Notes: generated from the sequence alone by a model not told the origin. Shown: positions 42,433 through 52,791, counted from the first letter of the stretch. The stretch: 64,000 nucleotides of DNA from an uncultured candidate division Zixibacteria bacterium (GCA_963817915.1 CAWFQL010000011.1:128001-192000), one strand, 5' to 3'. Made by a program: numbers and translations.

Positions 42433-44016
42433 TTGAGTAACGATAAAAAGCAAATAAATCTTAAAGAATACTGGGGCATTCTTACGCGTCGCAAGACGCT
42501 CCTAATATTGCCTATTTTGATAATACCATTAGTCTCAATTGCGGTAAGCTATTTTTTAAAGCCTCAATATGTTTCATCTGTTACCATTTTGACCGGAGAA
42601 ACCAATATTTTGCCCCCTTCAGTCGAGAGAGAATTGCAAAGCGGACAAAGATTCGATTGGACTGAGCCGCAGGAACGGCTGATTTCGATTACGAGTAAGA
42701 TCACATCAACTAAGTATTTGAGAAGATTGATTTCAGTTCTTGATATTAAAGCTACACCTGAGATAATGAAGGTCGTGACTGAAACCAAGACCGCATTCCC
42801 GGATATTTCTGAAGCTGATCTTGCCGAAAATATTATGGCTGATCAGCTTAGAAATAATATAACTGTCAATTTACGCTCGAATAACGTTTTTGAAATTCTT
42901 TTTGCGTCCGCCGACCCAATTATGGCGCAGAAGCTTGCCAAATCACTCGCCGACATTTTTATTGAAGAGAATTTAGCACAGGATATGGCGGGGATTAGGT
43001 CCAATATCAGCTTTTCGGAAGAGCAATTAGCAGTTTATCACGAGAAGCTTAAAGATGCCGAGGACAAGTTGAAGGACTATCGTGAAGGCATTCTGGCGAC
43101 ATCTGTCGGGGAAGATACTACTGGCGCAAGCCTCCGGATGATAATTTCCGCTGCAGAAGCGCTTGATTTGGAAATACGAAAAGAAGAGGAATCTCAGGAT
43201 AGTGTGCGATTATATCTGGTAAACAATAAGGTCGATTTGGCAAATCTGGTGTTGCCGGTAAACCTGCAAAACGAAAAATCCAGGCTCATTAATCTCTTAT
43301 CGACTCTAACTGAATTGTTGACTAGAAATAGCTGGCGAGACCCCAAAGTAGTCAATTTAAACGAAGAAGCCAAAAATCTGCATGATCTCATTACACGGGA
43401 AATCGGCATTTTTACTGAAAGTCAATATGCAGATAAATCTTCTCAATTTAAAGATAAAATATCTGAATATCTAACTGGTTCGGTATCGCTCGAATATAGC
43501 AGGGCAAAGAAAGAGGCTCTCGATAAAAGCGTAGGCAAGATCAAATCGCGGATAACCAAAAATCCTGATACCGAAGTAACTATTCAGAGGCTGCAAAGCG
43601 AGGTCAATACTTATCGTGATTTGTACAATACATTCGTGATGCATTCGCAGTACGGAGCGATAGACCAATCCGCCAAGAAGGTCGAAGCTGAAGCCAAATT
43701 TATGATAATAAAGCCAGCCTCGCTCCCATTAACGCCCGAATCACCCAACAGACAGAAACTGGCATTAATGGGAATAGTTCTGGCGTTAGCAATTGGAGTG
43801 GGAGCAATCATTATACTGGAATTGCTCGATAACTCATTCAAGAAGATCGATGATGCTGAAAATTATTTGAATATTGCCGTAATAGGGACTATTCCAAAAA
43901 TCCTTCTTCCCTATTATTCGCCGATTAAAAAAAGAATTCCAATCCTAATCGGAACCGGCATCAGTTTTATGCTTATTATATTAATACTTTATTTAAATTT
44001 AAGGAAAAGCGGGTAA
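42433..44016 (+). CDS. Polysaccharide co-polymerase (Wzz/GumC-type membrane module)
   Basis: INLKEYWGIL, N- and C-terminal TM helices, coiled coil, PESPNR, LDNSFK. Confidence 0.88.
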   Translation: MSNDKKQINLKEYWGILTRRKTLLILPILIIPLVSIAVSYFLKPQYVSSVTILTGETNILPPSVERELQSGQRFDWTEPQERLISITSKITSTKYLRRLISVLDIKATPEIMKVVTETKTAFPDISEADLAENIMADQLRNNITVNLRSNNVFEILFASADPIMAQKLAKSLADIFIEENLAQDMAGIRSNISFSEEQLAVYHEKLKDAEDKLKDYREGILATSVGEDTTGASLRMIISAAEALDLEIRKEEESQDSVRLYLVNNKVDLANLVLPVNLQNEKSRLINLLSTLTELLTRNSWRDPKVVNLNEEAKNLHDLITREIGIFTESQYADKSSQFKDKISEYLTGSVSLEYSRAKKEALDKSVGKIKSRITKNPDTEVTIQRLQSEVNTYRDLYNTFVMHSQYGAIDQSAKKVEAEAKFMIIKPASLPLTPESPNRQKLALMGIVLALAIGVGAIIILELLDNSFKKIDDAENYLNIAVIGTIPKILLPYYSPIKKRIPILIGTGISFMLIILILYLNLRKSG

Positions 44017-44020
44017 ATAA

Positions 44021-45139
44021 GTGGTTTTCAACGGTTATACAGACAAATTCAAAAGACTGGGAAGGGAGTATCTTTTTCAGACTTCTATAGATAATAGTCG
44101 CAAACAAGTAGTAAGTTCGTTGTTTCATGCGGGGCAGCTGCTGAATAGTATCGCTACTCCATTTCAGGATGCTTCGCAGGGAGAGAAGTTGTTTGAAAAG
44201 GCGCTAAGTTTTCATAAGCAAAATCTTGGGGATCTGGATTCATTGCTTGGCTTGGCCGAACGGATGCGAAGTTTAGAAAAGCCGGATATAATCGAAAAGC
44301 TCGGGAAATCATTATGTGCAAGACAGCTTTATGATGAAGGTTTGGAACTGCTGCTTCTGGCTTCTCAGAAATACCCCGAAAGTCCCGGGCTGCATCATGT
44401 TCTCGGCAAATTATACCTGGCCAAGGGACAGGTCAATGATGCCGAAACTGAATTTGGACGCGCCGTTGATTTGGCGCCCGATTTCCCGGACTATAGAAAC
44501 GCCCTTGGAATCGCCTATTTAAAATCAAACAAGGCTGTGGCCGCAATCTCCGAATTCAAAAAAGCCGTGACGCTTAATATCTATTTTGATAAGGCTTATT
44601 TTAATCTGGGTTTGGGGTATATAGCCAATGGCATCATTAGGGAAGATTTCAATCTGGCCAAAAATCTCGTCCAAAATAGCATGGATGCTCTCCAAAAAGC
44701 CGCGTTGTTTAATCCGGCTTATAATACGGATAAATATACCGAGGGCCTTGAATTTCTTAATGAAGGCGAATATGAAAAGGCCTATTCAACGTTGTCGAAA
44801 GTTGCCGAGGAACATACATCTCGTTCCGCGGAAGAGCATTTGGTCGAATTATATCTTCGATATATTCATAACGAGACCGGAATGTCCGAAGAGGGGATTA
44901 ACAACTTTATTGAACGGATTAAAGACTTATTGAAATTAAATCCAGGATATGCCGATTTGCATAATGAATTGGGCATGGCATATACTATCCTGTGTAAATT
45001 TATGAATGATAAGGCAATTTATCATTTTCAGGAGGCGCTCAAAATTAATCCCAATTTTACAAAGGCTGTAAAAAATCTAAAATTATCGAAAAATGACTTG
45101 AAGGGATTCGAAATTCTTTTGGAAGCGATTTTAAAATGA
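44021..45139 (+). CDS. TPR-repeat protein
   Basis: PDFPDYRNALG, PGYADLHNELG repeats. Confidence 0.85.
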   Translation: MVFNGYTDKFKRLGREYLFQTSIDNSRKQVVSSLFHAGQLLNSIATPFQDASQGEKLFEKALSFHKQNLGDLDSLLGLAERMRSLEKPDIIEKLGKSLCARQLYDEGLELLLLASQKYPESPGLHHVLGKLYLAKGQVNDAETEFGRAVDLAPDFPDYRNALGIAYLKSNKAVAAISEFKKAVTLNIYFDKAYFNLGLGYIANGIIREDFNLAKNLVQNSMDALQKAALFNPAYNTDKYTEGLEFLNEGEYEKAYSTLSKVAEEHTSRSAEEHLVELYLRYIHNETGMSEEGINNFIERIKDLLKLNPGYADLHNELGMAYTILCKFMNDKAIYHFQEALKINPNFTKAVKNLKLSKNDLKGFEILLEAILK

Positions 45140-45864
45140 AAAATAACGGCAAATTTCCGCCATTAACGGCTGTCTTCGATAAGGAATCATCGGTTGCGAC
45201 TGAATTCAGAAGGCTTTATTCCAATTTAAAATCCCGCAAGGGAACTGAAAATTTAAAAACGATAATGATTACTTCCGCGATAATTGGCGAGGGCAAATCC
45301 CTTACAAGTTCCCTGCTATCAATGACAATGGCGGATCTGACCAAAGCCAAAATTGGATTGGTTGATTTCGATTTAAGACGTCCCAAATTGAATATTTATT
45401 TTAATTTGCCTATAGAAAATGGCGTCTCCGATGTCCTTGGGGGCAAAATCGGCATAAAGGAAATTTGCCGCAAGACTACTATACCAAATCTGACAGTGCT
45501 TTGCGCGGGGAAACCAAATAATAATCCAAGCGAAATTATCGATAGAGCCGATATACCTGCATTTTTTCAGGAGCTAAAATTCTATTTCGATTACATTGTG
45601 ATCGATTCGCCCCCTGTAATTCCCGTTTCGGATCCATTGCTGATCGCTGATCAGGTTGATGGCGTGTTATTAGTTGTAAGGGCCGGAACAACCCAGCGCG
45701 AGGTAGTCGGCAGGGCCGTAAATCTTCTGAAGAATGCCAAAGTCAATCTTCTTGGCGCCGTATTGAATGACTGCGAAAGCGTTTTGCCCTATTATTACAA
45801 AGAAAGCTACTACGGATATCGTTATTATCACAAAGATAATAAAAAATCCCAAAAGACCGCATAA
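45136..45864 (+). CDS. BY-kinase (CpsD/CapB family tyrosine kinase)
   Basis: EFRRL, TS..GEGKS, DFDLRRP, IDSPP, C-terminal Tyr cluster YYYKESYYGYRYY. Confidence 0.93.
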   Translation: MKNNGKFPPLTAVFDKESSVATEFRRLYSNLKSRKGTENLKTIMITSAIIGEGKSLTSSLLSMTMADLTKAKIGLVDFDLRRPKLNIYFNLPIENGVSDVLGGKIGIKEICRKTTIPNLTVLCAGKPNNNPSEIIDRADIPAFFQELKFYFDYIVIDSPPVIPVSDPLLIADQVDGVLLVVRAGTTQREVVGRAVNLLKNAKVNLLGAVLNDCESVLPYYYKESYYGYRYYHKDNKKSQKTA

Positions 45865-46083
45865 CCCCGACCTTAATGCATTTTTGTTGCATTGTATTGC
45901 ATAGTGGGTTGATTTAGTCCATTTTAGTTACCCCATATTTTAGCCTAATATTAATTTATGTTCTTATTTCACGCCGCCATTGTGGTAATATAACTTATTA
46001 CACTGTTTATATTTATAAGACAATGAGCATTAAAATTAATATCAATAAAATTAACTAAAGTTGAATCTCTCAAATCCCATTTG

Positions 46084-46099
46084 TGGCAGATATTTTGCA
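46084..46099 (+). promoter_or_regulatory. Sigma54 promoter
   Basis: TGGCAGATATTTTGCA (GG-N10-GC), AT-rich region and TGCA motifs upstream. Confidence 0.7.
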
Positions 46100-46140
46100 T
46101 TAGGTCATATCAACTTAGAGGATAGAGGGAGAAGACTGTT

Positions 46141-47040
46141 ATGCGTTATCAAAATCCAATTCCAAGCCCCATGGCACACTACTGGGAAGAAGAGGCAATT
46201 AATGCCTGGGGAACTTGGTTAAGGTTACGTAAGGGCGGTCGCCGCGTCTTAAATTTTGTGCTTAGCGAAGTAGTTCTTGCTAATATTTATCTGCTTTCCG
46301 GCTTGATCGCAAACTCTGGCCTGCTCTTGGAAGCAAGAGCAAAGTCCGCAGTTTTATCGAATCATATAAACATCGGAGCGATTCTTAAAAGATCTGTGGA
46401 TATTATCGGAGCGGCATTTGGGCTGGTATTGACATTGCCTATCTGGATAATAGTACCGATCGCCATTAAACTGGATAGTTGCGGATCAGTTTTTTATACT
46501 CAGGAAAGAGTTGGGATTAACAGACGCAGAGGCAATCGCAGAAAAATTGCTGTCGATGGCGAAGAAAATAGAGTTTCGGTCGAAAGAAGAAAGAAATTCA
46601 GCTACGGTAGATCATTTACGATATTAAAATTCCGAACTATGTACATCAACGCAGAATCGATTTCAGGTCCGAAATGGGCATGCAAGAATGATCCCAGAGT
46701 GACAAAATTGGGACGAATTATGAGAGCCACCAGGATTGATGAAATTCCCCAATTATTGAATGTTTTAATGGGAGATATGAGCCTGGTTGGGCCGCGGCCG
46801 GAAAGACCGTTCTTTGTAGACAAGCTTCGTCAAAGTATCGATGAGTATGCCTGCAGATTCGAGGTAAAGCCGGGAATCACAGGGCTTGCTCAGGTCGAAC
46901 ATAAATATGACGAGAGTCTCGAGGATGTAAGCAAGAAAATTAAGTATGATCTTAATTATATTCGAAATTGGACTTTATTCCAGGATATGAAGATTATCGT
47001 TAAGACCATATCGGTGGTTTTAACCGCCCGAGGGATGTAG
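46141..47040 (+). CDS. Priming polyprenyl-phosphate sugar transferase (Bac_transf)
   Basis: KRSVDI, KFRTM, DPRVT, IDEIPQL.NV..GDMSLVGPRPE, KPGITGLAQ. Confidence 0.93.
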   Translation: MRYQNPIPSPMAHYWEEEAINAWGTWLRLRKGGRRVLNFVLSEVVLANIYLLSGLIANSGLLLEARAKSAVLSNHINIGAILKRSVDIIGAAFGLVLTLPIWIIVPIAIKLDSCGSVFYTQERVGINRRRGNRRKIAVDGEENRVSVERRKKFSYGRSFTILKFRTMYINAESISGPKWACKNDPRVTKLGRIMRATRIDEIPQLLNVLMGDMSLVGPRPERPFFVDKLRQSIDEYACRFEVKPGITGLAQVEHKYDESLEDVSKKIKYDLNYIRNWTLFQDMKIIVKTISVVLTARGM

Positions 47041-47062
47041 AATTAATAAGGTTAATGGTACC

Positions 47063-47092
47063 GACGGGGATTGCAATCCCCGTCTTTTTTTT
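47063..47092 (+). terminator. Rho-independent terminator
   Basis: Palindrome GACGGGGATTGCAATCCCCGTC followed by T8. Confidence 0.9.
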
Positions 47093-47276
47093 GCATAATT
47101 TTAATTATGTTCCAGTCGATATCATAATTAGGATGAGATCGACTATTTCCCCCAAAATTATATTTTGAGTTTTGAATATGATTATGGTATAAGTAATAGG
47201 TAATTATGGCCAGGAAGATAAATATTTAACAGATCACCATCCAAGGCCATTTAGATTTCGTGGATGGTGAGATAAA

Positions 47277-48002
47277 ATGCTTAATTCGGAGACTACAATG
47301 ATAAAGAGAATTTTCATAATGATTGTATTGGCTCTATTGATTTTTCAAACAAGCGTCTGGGCCCAGGACAAGGATAATATCATCTTAACTACCAGACCGG
47401 CCGGAGCTACTATTTACTTGAATGGCGAATATGAGGTTGTAGCCAATGCGCCCGCCAGACTGCCGTCAAGCATCGCGGGGCGCTATAATGTCAAAATAAC
47501 GCGGCCGGGTTATGAGACCTGGAAAGGCATCCTTACTTTTGTCCCAGGCAGTGCCAATAATATGACTATCGATCTGAGTAGGAAGACAAGATTCAAATCA
47601 TGCCTGCGTTCGATTTTTATTCCGGGATGGGGCCAGATCTATTCAGGGCAGACCCTGAAGGGAAGCGCTATTACCGGAGCGGCGATTCTATCCGCTGCCT
47701 CATTTTATTTCGCGGATAAACGCTATCAAAAGAAAAAAACAGATTTCGATATCGCCATGTCAGAATATAGAGTGGCGACTTCAGCTGAAGATCAAATCAG
47801 GCTCAAAGTTAATTTGGATAGTCGGCAGCGTTCGGCATACCAGGCTGAGACCGATAGACGCACGGCCATGGGAGTTGCGGCCGCTGTTTGGGCATACAAT
47901 ATAATAGACGCTTTAATTTTCTTTCCTGACAATGAATTATTTTATCCTTCGGCTGTTGCTTTAAATGATGGTGCCATGTTGAAATTTACGATGGAATTTT
48001 AG
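47277..48002 (+). CDS. PEGA + DUF5683-like protein (start may be 47298)
   Basis: TRPAGATIYLNG..P, RSIFIPGWGQIY, WAYNIIDA. Confidence 0.75.
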   Translation: MLNSETTMIKRIFIMIVLALLIFQTSVWAQDKDNIILTTRPAGATIYLNGEYEVVANAPARLPSSIAGRYNVKITRPGYETWKGILTFVPGSANNMTIDLSRKTRFKSCLRSIFIPGWGQIYSGQTLKGSAITGAAILSAASFYFADKRYQKKKTDFDIAMSEYRVATSAEDQIRLKVNLDSRQRSAYQAETDRRTAMGVAAAVWAYNIIDALIFFPDNELFYPSAVALNDGAMLKFTMEF

Positions 48003-48016
48003 GGTGGGGGATATTT

Positions 48017-49879
48017 ATGAAAATTGATAATATTAAAATAATAAGCATAATAATGCTTCTCTTCGTCGTAATCGCGGTGGGGTGTTCCAGAAAAATTACC
48101 GAGCCGGTATCTCCTCCGATCAATAATTTTGTCCCTCCAACTCCTGAAAGTGTTCTTGCTACAGTGGGTGACAGGACCATCGTACTGTCCTGGACAATTT
48201 CAGATACCAGTAGGATAGCACATTATAAAATTTATATGTCGGATTCGCTCCAGGGAACATATAATTTGCAGGCAGAACCGGCAGTACAGACATACTCATT
48301 AAGTGATCTTCAAAATGGCACAATCTATTTTATCAGAGTTTCCGCGGTAAGCGATTCGGGTTTTGAGGGCTATAGAAGCGCTCCGATTTCAGTGACGCCT
48401 GATGTTTTCTCTATTCTTATCGATAATGGCGCTCTCTATACAAATCGACTTGATTTAAACCTGGCACTGACCGCTCCGGTCGGTACAAGGCTAATGCAGA
48501 TATCAAATAATTCCGAGTTTTCCGGCGCTCAATGGGAGCCATTCGCTGTAACGCGTACCTGGCAATTGCTGCCCGGAGATGGGATTAAATCAGTGTATGC
48601 GCGCTTCAGGGATTTCAATGATTATTCAACCACAAATAATATTTCCGACCAGATTGAGCTGGACACCAAGGCCATGGTCGATTCAGTTACATTCGAGCCG
48701 ATACAGGGCTTTTTTGTCGCGGGAAATACTGTTCGTTTTAGATTATATTCAGGTGAACCTTACGGCAGCGCGTCGATCACTGTCGGAAATAATTTGCTGA
48801 ATTTGACATTATATGATGATGGCAGCATGGGAGATTCTATCGCGGGAGATGGTATTTACGAATTGAATTACCAAATCCCCGGTTTTCTCGATTTTGAAAA
48901 TGAGATGGTTATAGGCGGCTTCACTGACCGTGCCGGAAATACCGCTCAGCAGGCTCAGGCAGCAGCGTTTTTCTCTGTGCGCCGCCACCCCGACGCTATT
49001 TCTATCAATAGTCTGTTTCCCCCATTGCAGTATTATGATAGAGTTGAAATTTCCTGGGGGCAGTCGCAGGCGCCCGATTTCGCGAGCTATAGAGTATACA
49101 GGAAGGCCACGTCCGGGGTTGATTCCAGCTCGACACTGGTCCTTTTGGCCACGTCGGCAGGAGCTACGACCGCAATAGATAGCGGACTTGCCGCCAGCAC
49201 TCAATATTATTATCGAGTGTACGTTGTCGACAATACTGGGCTTTGGGCCGGTTCATCGGAAAGTCACGTTACCACCAATTCTGATCAGCCGCCTGTGCCG
49301 GTTACTCTGATGCCAATATCTACTCTGCCCGATCAATACCAAAATGTTACCGTTTCGTGGACAGAATCCGGCGATGTGGATTATTCAAATTACAGATTGT
49401 ATCGTTGGATTGCCGGTTCGCCCAGATCAGACAGCGCGCTGGTAACCATAATATCCGATAGGGCGACTACAGCTTTCGAGGATCATCCGCTATTTGGGGC
49501 CGGCCAGAATACTATTACTTACCGGTATATTATTCATTTATATGATATCGGCGGTAACCACGCCGCATCCGATAGTGTCAATGCGACTCTTACGGATCTG
49601 ATTCCACCTCAGGTATCGGGGAATGTAGCCCCATCGGAAAATTCTCTCATTATCACCTGGGCGCCGTCGACAATTCCGGATTTCGCGTCGTACCGGCTTC
49701 TGCGCAATACAACATCGAATCCAGCCACAGCCATCACGGTATTTGTCGCATCGGATTCAGCCACTATCACCTACACCGATGCCAACACCGTGACGGGGCA
49801 GACTTACTATTATTGGCTGGATATATTTGATAGGCGAGATAATAGCTCCCGCACACTATTAGGCAGCGCGAATTGGTAG
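48017..49879 (+). CDS. Multi-fibronectin type III lipoprotein
   Basis: Lipobox AVGC, repeated W....DF.SYR.YR FN3 units, LYDDG..GD..AGDGIY motif. Confidence 0.8.
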   Translation: MKIDNIKIISIIMLLFVVIAVGCSRKITEPVSPPINNFVPPTPESVLATVGDRTIVLSWTISDTSRIAHYKIYMSDSLQGTYNLQAEPAVQTYSLSDLQNGTIYFIRVSAVSDSGFEGYRSAPISVTPDVFSILIDNGALYTNRLDLNLALTAPVGTRLMQISNNSEFSGAQWEPFAVTRTWQLLPGDGIKSVYARFRDFNDYSTTNNISDQIELDTKAMVDSVTFEPIQGFFVAGNTVRFRLYSGEPYGSASITVGNNLLNLTLYDDGSMGDSIAGDGIYELNYQIPGFLDFENEMVIGGFTDRAGNTAQQAQAAAFFSVRRHPDAISINSLFPPLQYYDRVEISWGQSQAPDFASYRVYRKATSGVDSSSTLVLLATSAGATTAIDSGLAASTQYYYRVYVVDNTGLWAGSSESHVTTNSDQPPVPVTLMPISTLPDQYQNVTVSWTESGDVDYSNYRLYRWIAGSPRSDSALVTIISDRATTAFEDHPLFGAGQNTITYRYIIHLYDIGGNHAASDSVNATLTDLIPPQVSGNVAPSENSLIITWAPSTIPDFASYRLLRNTTSNPATAITVFVASDSATITYTDANTVTGQTYYYWLDIFDRRDNSSRTLLGSANW

Positions 49880-49880
49880 A

Positions 49881-50726
49881 ATGAAATATACCGCGCTCGA
49901 CAAGATAAACTTGTTTTTATCCTTTTATGGCCGGCTGTTTTCGGCGATTTTCAGGATTTCCTTATGGTTTCCATTTTTGATATTGGCATTAATTCAGTCG
50001 TCTGCGCTTCTGGGCTTGCTCTGGTACTATAAACCTGGATTTAACAATATTGTTTTCCCAATCTTATCACTGATTCTTCCTGCGCAGGTTTTTCATTATC
50101 CGCAATATTACCTGGTATTGCCGTCGATTTATACATTTATCGATGGCTTGATTATCGGCCCGACATTATGGGTAATATTGTCGGCGGCATCGGTTTACAA
50201 ATTGGGTGGATATTTTTCCGATAACGGCAGAAAATTATCAGATGGATTTTCGAAGGCTGTCAAATCATATTGGCCGCTATTGCTCTTCTGGCTTATTGAA
50301 ACATGTTTAGCGCTGATTGTATTATTTGTCCCATCCAATGTTTTATCTTCATATATTGTAGGATCACCAAGAGCCAAATTTGCCCTGGAATTAGCGCTGC
50401 AATTGTTTTCCCTTGGCATATCATCATTCCTGATATTCACAATTCCCGGGGTGATGATCGGCGGCAAGGGCGTTGGACAAGCGATGGCCGATAGTATCAG
50501 GCTATGCTTCCATAATATGATATTGACCTATTCAATAGTCTTGATACCCAATCTGATTAGGATCGGTGTAGATCTAGTATTGACCAATTATGCCATAAAT
50601 ATTGTCAGCAAATTGGATCCAGCGCTGATTATGACTATTATCCTGTTTAAAATAGTGAGCGGGATTTTCATCAATTTATTTGTTTATGGCGCGGCTGTGG
50701 GCGTCTATACCGAAATGTCCGATTAA
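49881..50726 (+). CDS. Hypothetical integral membrane protein
   Basis: 281 aa, about six hydrophobic segments. Confidence 0.75.
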   Translation: MKYTALDKINLFLSFYGRLFSAIFRISLWFPFLILALIQSSALLGLLWYYKPGFNNIVFPILSLILPAQVFHYPQYYLVLPSIYTFIDGLIIGPTLWVILSAASVYKLGGYFSDNGRKLSDGFSKAVKSYWPLLLFWLIETCLALIVLFVPSNVLSSYIVGSPRAKFALELALQLFSLGISSFLIFTIPGVMIGGKGVGQAMADSIRLCFHNMILTYSIVLIPNLIRIGVDLVLTNYAINIVSKLDPALIMTIILFKIVSGIFINLFVYGAAVGVYTEMSD

Positions 50727-50811
50727 TTCAAAAAGCTCCCCAATCCAATATTAAATCGCCTTTTTTTAATTTATATCTTCAAGATTTCGGATTTATTCCG
50801 ACAACAGTACT

Positions 50812-52572
50812 ATGGTACTGAATTTGATTCTTCCAGTGGTTATAGCCGTAATCTCATTCCTGTTTTTCGCGGGGCAGACCTGTCCGACATTTTATTTTTG
50901 GGATTCGGCTGAGCTTACCGCGGCAATATTGAATTCCGGCATACCGCATGCGTCCGGTTTTCCGTTCTTTCTTTTGGCGGCAAAAATTTGGCTTGGCATA
51001 CTGCCCGATAATCCTGCTCATTCACTAAATTTGTTCTCGGCATTCTTTGCCGCGCTGGGCCTGGCAGTATGGTTTGCAGTCATACAAACTGTAATCAAAA
51101 GGTCCGAAATTGTTAAAGGCGCCCTTTTGATATCTTTATCCGCGCTCGTAGGGACAATAATAATGGCAATATCGTTGACCTATAGTATTCAGGCCACTCG
51201 ACTCGAAGTTTATTCTTTTAACTTTTTCGGCTTCGCATTAATGACTTACTTCGCCCTGAAAATATCCGAATCAGCCAATTATCCCTACTGGTGGCTTGGC
51301 GCACTTACGGTCATAATAGGGTTATTCCTCGGAGTACATACTCTGACAATCGCATTGGCTATCCCCGGAATACTTCTATTCCCCATCATTAGAAAACGCC
51401 TCAAATTCAAATGGGTGACAGCAGTAGCACTGGGCGCATTGTTGATTGTGGTGCTTTTGTATTCAAGCATTATGGTAATGGCATCTCACAATCCGATCTT
51501 GAATTGGGGCAATCCCTCGAATCCTGGGCGGCTGATTGATTATATTACCGCGAGCGACTTTTCGAAGAATTTCAAATGGCTCAGCCTTGATCATATAAGC
51601 GCGAATTTTTCTTTTGTTTTGGACCTGATGTCCAAGCAAATCGGACTGGTCAGCCTGCTGTTATCGATTTGGGGAATTTTCTATTTGGCATTTAGAAAGG
51701 TTTCTATCGGACTGCCGCTATTGATTATCATGATCCTGAATTTCTTTTCCATAATAATGGCTGAAAATTATTTCTATGAGAATTACGATCTTCATGGATA
51801 TCTAATGATATCCCTGGCGATTCTTGCAGTAGGATTGGCCACATCGATGATGCTAATTTATAGCTATGTATCAAGCCGACTTTCAATTCTACAAGTAAGA
51901 TTCTCAAATATAATTCTCATCATATTATTGGTTGCAGGCTCTTACGCTATTCTCTATCAACCATTGAATGATAATCTGTATTGCGGCGATCTTTCAAAAA
52001 CCAATGAGGCTAAAGTCTTTGCCGCGGGATTTCTGGAGAATGCGCCGGACAGCAGCCTGATTGTCACATCATCCTATAATACTTATTTTACTCTGCTGGC
52101 GTATCAATCTCTTTATGGCAATAATAAAAATCAAAAAGTCCTGAATCTCTATAACTGGGATCATAAATGGGGGAGGGAAGCGACTGATAATCTCCTTAAG
52201 ATGACATCAGCAATCAATTTGGATCGGCAGGCATATTACAGAGGATTTCTAAATCAGTATATGAATCAACGACCAATATATGTTGAATATGATCAATCGA
52301 GCGGAGCCGCGGCAAGATATCTCAGGCCGGACGGTCCGGGGTATATATTTTCGGCTTCGGATACCTCCAATATAAGTGTCGAAGATTCCTGGCGCGATAT
52401 CAATTCTCATCTTTTGACTGCGACATCTTCTAACGATATCGAAAATATCAGAACCTGGATCAACTGGTTTCAGAATCGCGGCGAATTTTACCGCCGAAAA
52501 GGCAATGAAACTCTCGCACTACATTATTTCGGTTTAATCGAACCACTTGCAATGTTGGCTGTACTCAAATAA
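50812..52572 (+). CDS. DUF2723 (TMEM260-like) GT-C glycosyltransferase
   Basis: PTFYFWDSAEL...GIPHASGFP, QATRLEVYS, LNWGNP; multi-TM. Confidence 0.8.
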   Translation: MVLNLILPVVIAVISFLFFAGQTCPTFYFWDSAELTAAILNSGIPHASGFPFFLLAAKIWLGILPDNPAHSLNLFSAFFAALGLAVWFAVIQTVIKRSEIVKGALLISLSALVGTIIMAISLTYSIQATRLEVYSFNFFGFALMTYFALKISESANYPYWWLGALTVIIGLFLGVHTLTIALAIPGILLFPIIRKRLKFKWVTAVALGALLIVVLLYSSIMVMASHNPILNWGNPSNPGRLIDYITASDFSKNFKWLSLDHISANFSFVLDLMSKQIGLVSLLLSIWGIFYLAFRKVSIGLPLLIIMILNFFSIIMAENYFYENYDLHGYLMISLAILAVGLATSMMLIYSYVSSRLSILQVRFSNIILIILLVAGSYAILYQPLNDNLYCGDLSKTNEAKVFAAGFLENAPDSSLIVTSSYNTYFTLLAYQSLYGNNKNQKVLNLYNWDHKWGREATDNLLKMTSAINLDRQAYYRGFLNQYMNQRPIYVEYDQSSGAAARYLRPDGPGYIFSASDTSNISVEDSWRDINSHLLTATSSNDIENIRTWINWFQNRGEFYRRKGNETLALHYFGLIEPLAMLAVLK

Positions 52573-52623
52573 AATATACTCATGATCCCCAAATTTAACT
52601 GAATAATTTTCTGACGCCGGGTA

Positions 52624-52643
52624 TTGCATTTTGCAAAATGCAA
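52624..52643. promoter_or_regulatory. Perfect 20 bp palindrome, probable activator site
   Basis: TTGCATTTTGCAAAATGCAA about 135 bp upstream of a sigma54 promoter. Confidence 0.6.
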
Positions 52644-52776
52644 AAGAATTATCCGATGTTTTGGCTAAATTAACTTCCTAATAATCAGGCAGGTCGCGGT
52701 TTCAGGCTTTGCTAACTATCCAATTCATAAGGGCTTGGCATCAAATTATATCCGATCTGTCAGATTCTGGGACTTA

Positions 52777-52791
52777 CGGCACATGATTTGC
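52777..52791 (+). promoter_or_regulatory. Sigma54 promoter of the pilin array
   Basis: CGGCACATGATTTGC (GG-N10-GC). Confidence 0.7.
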
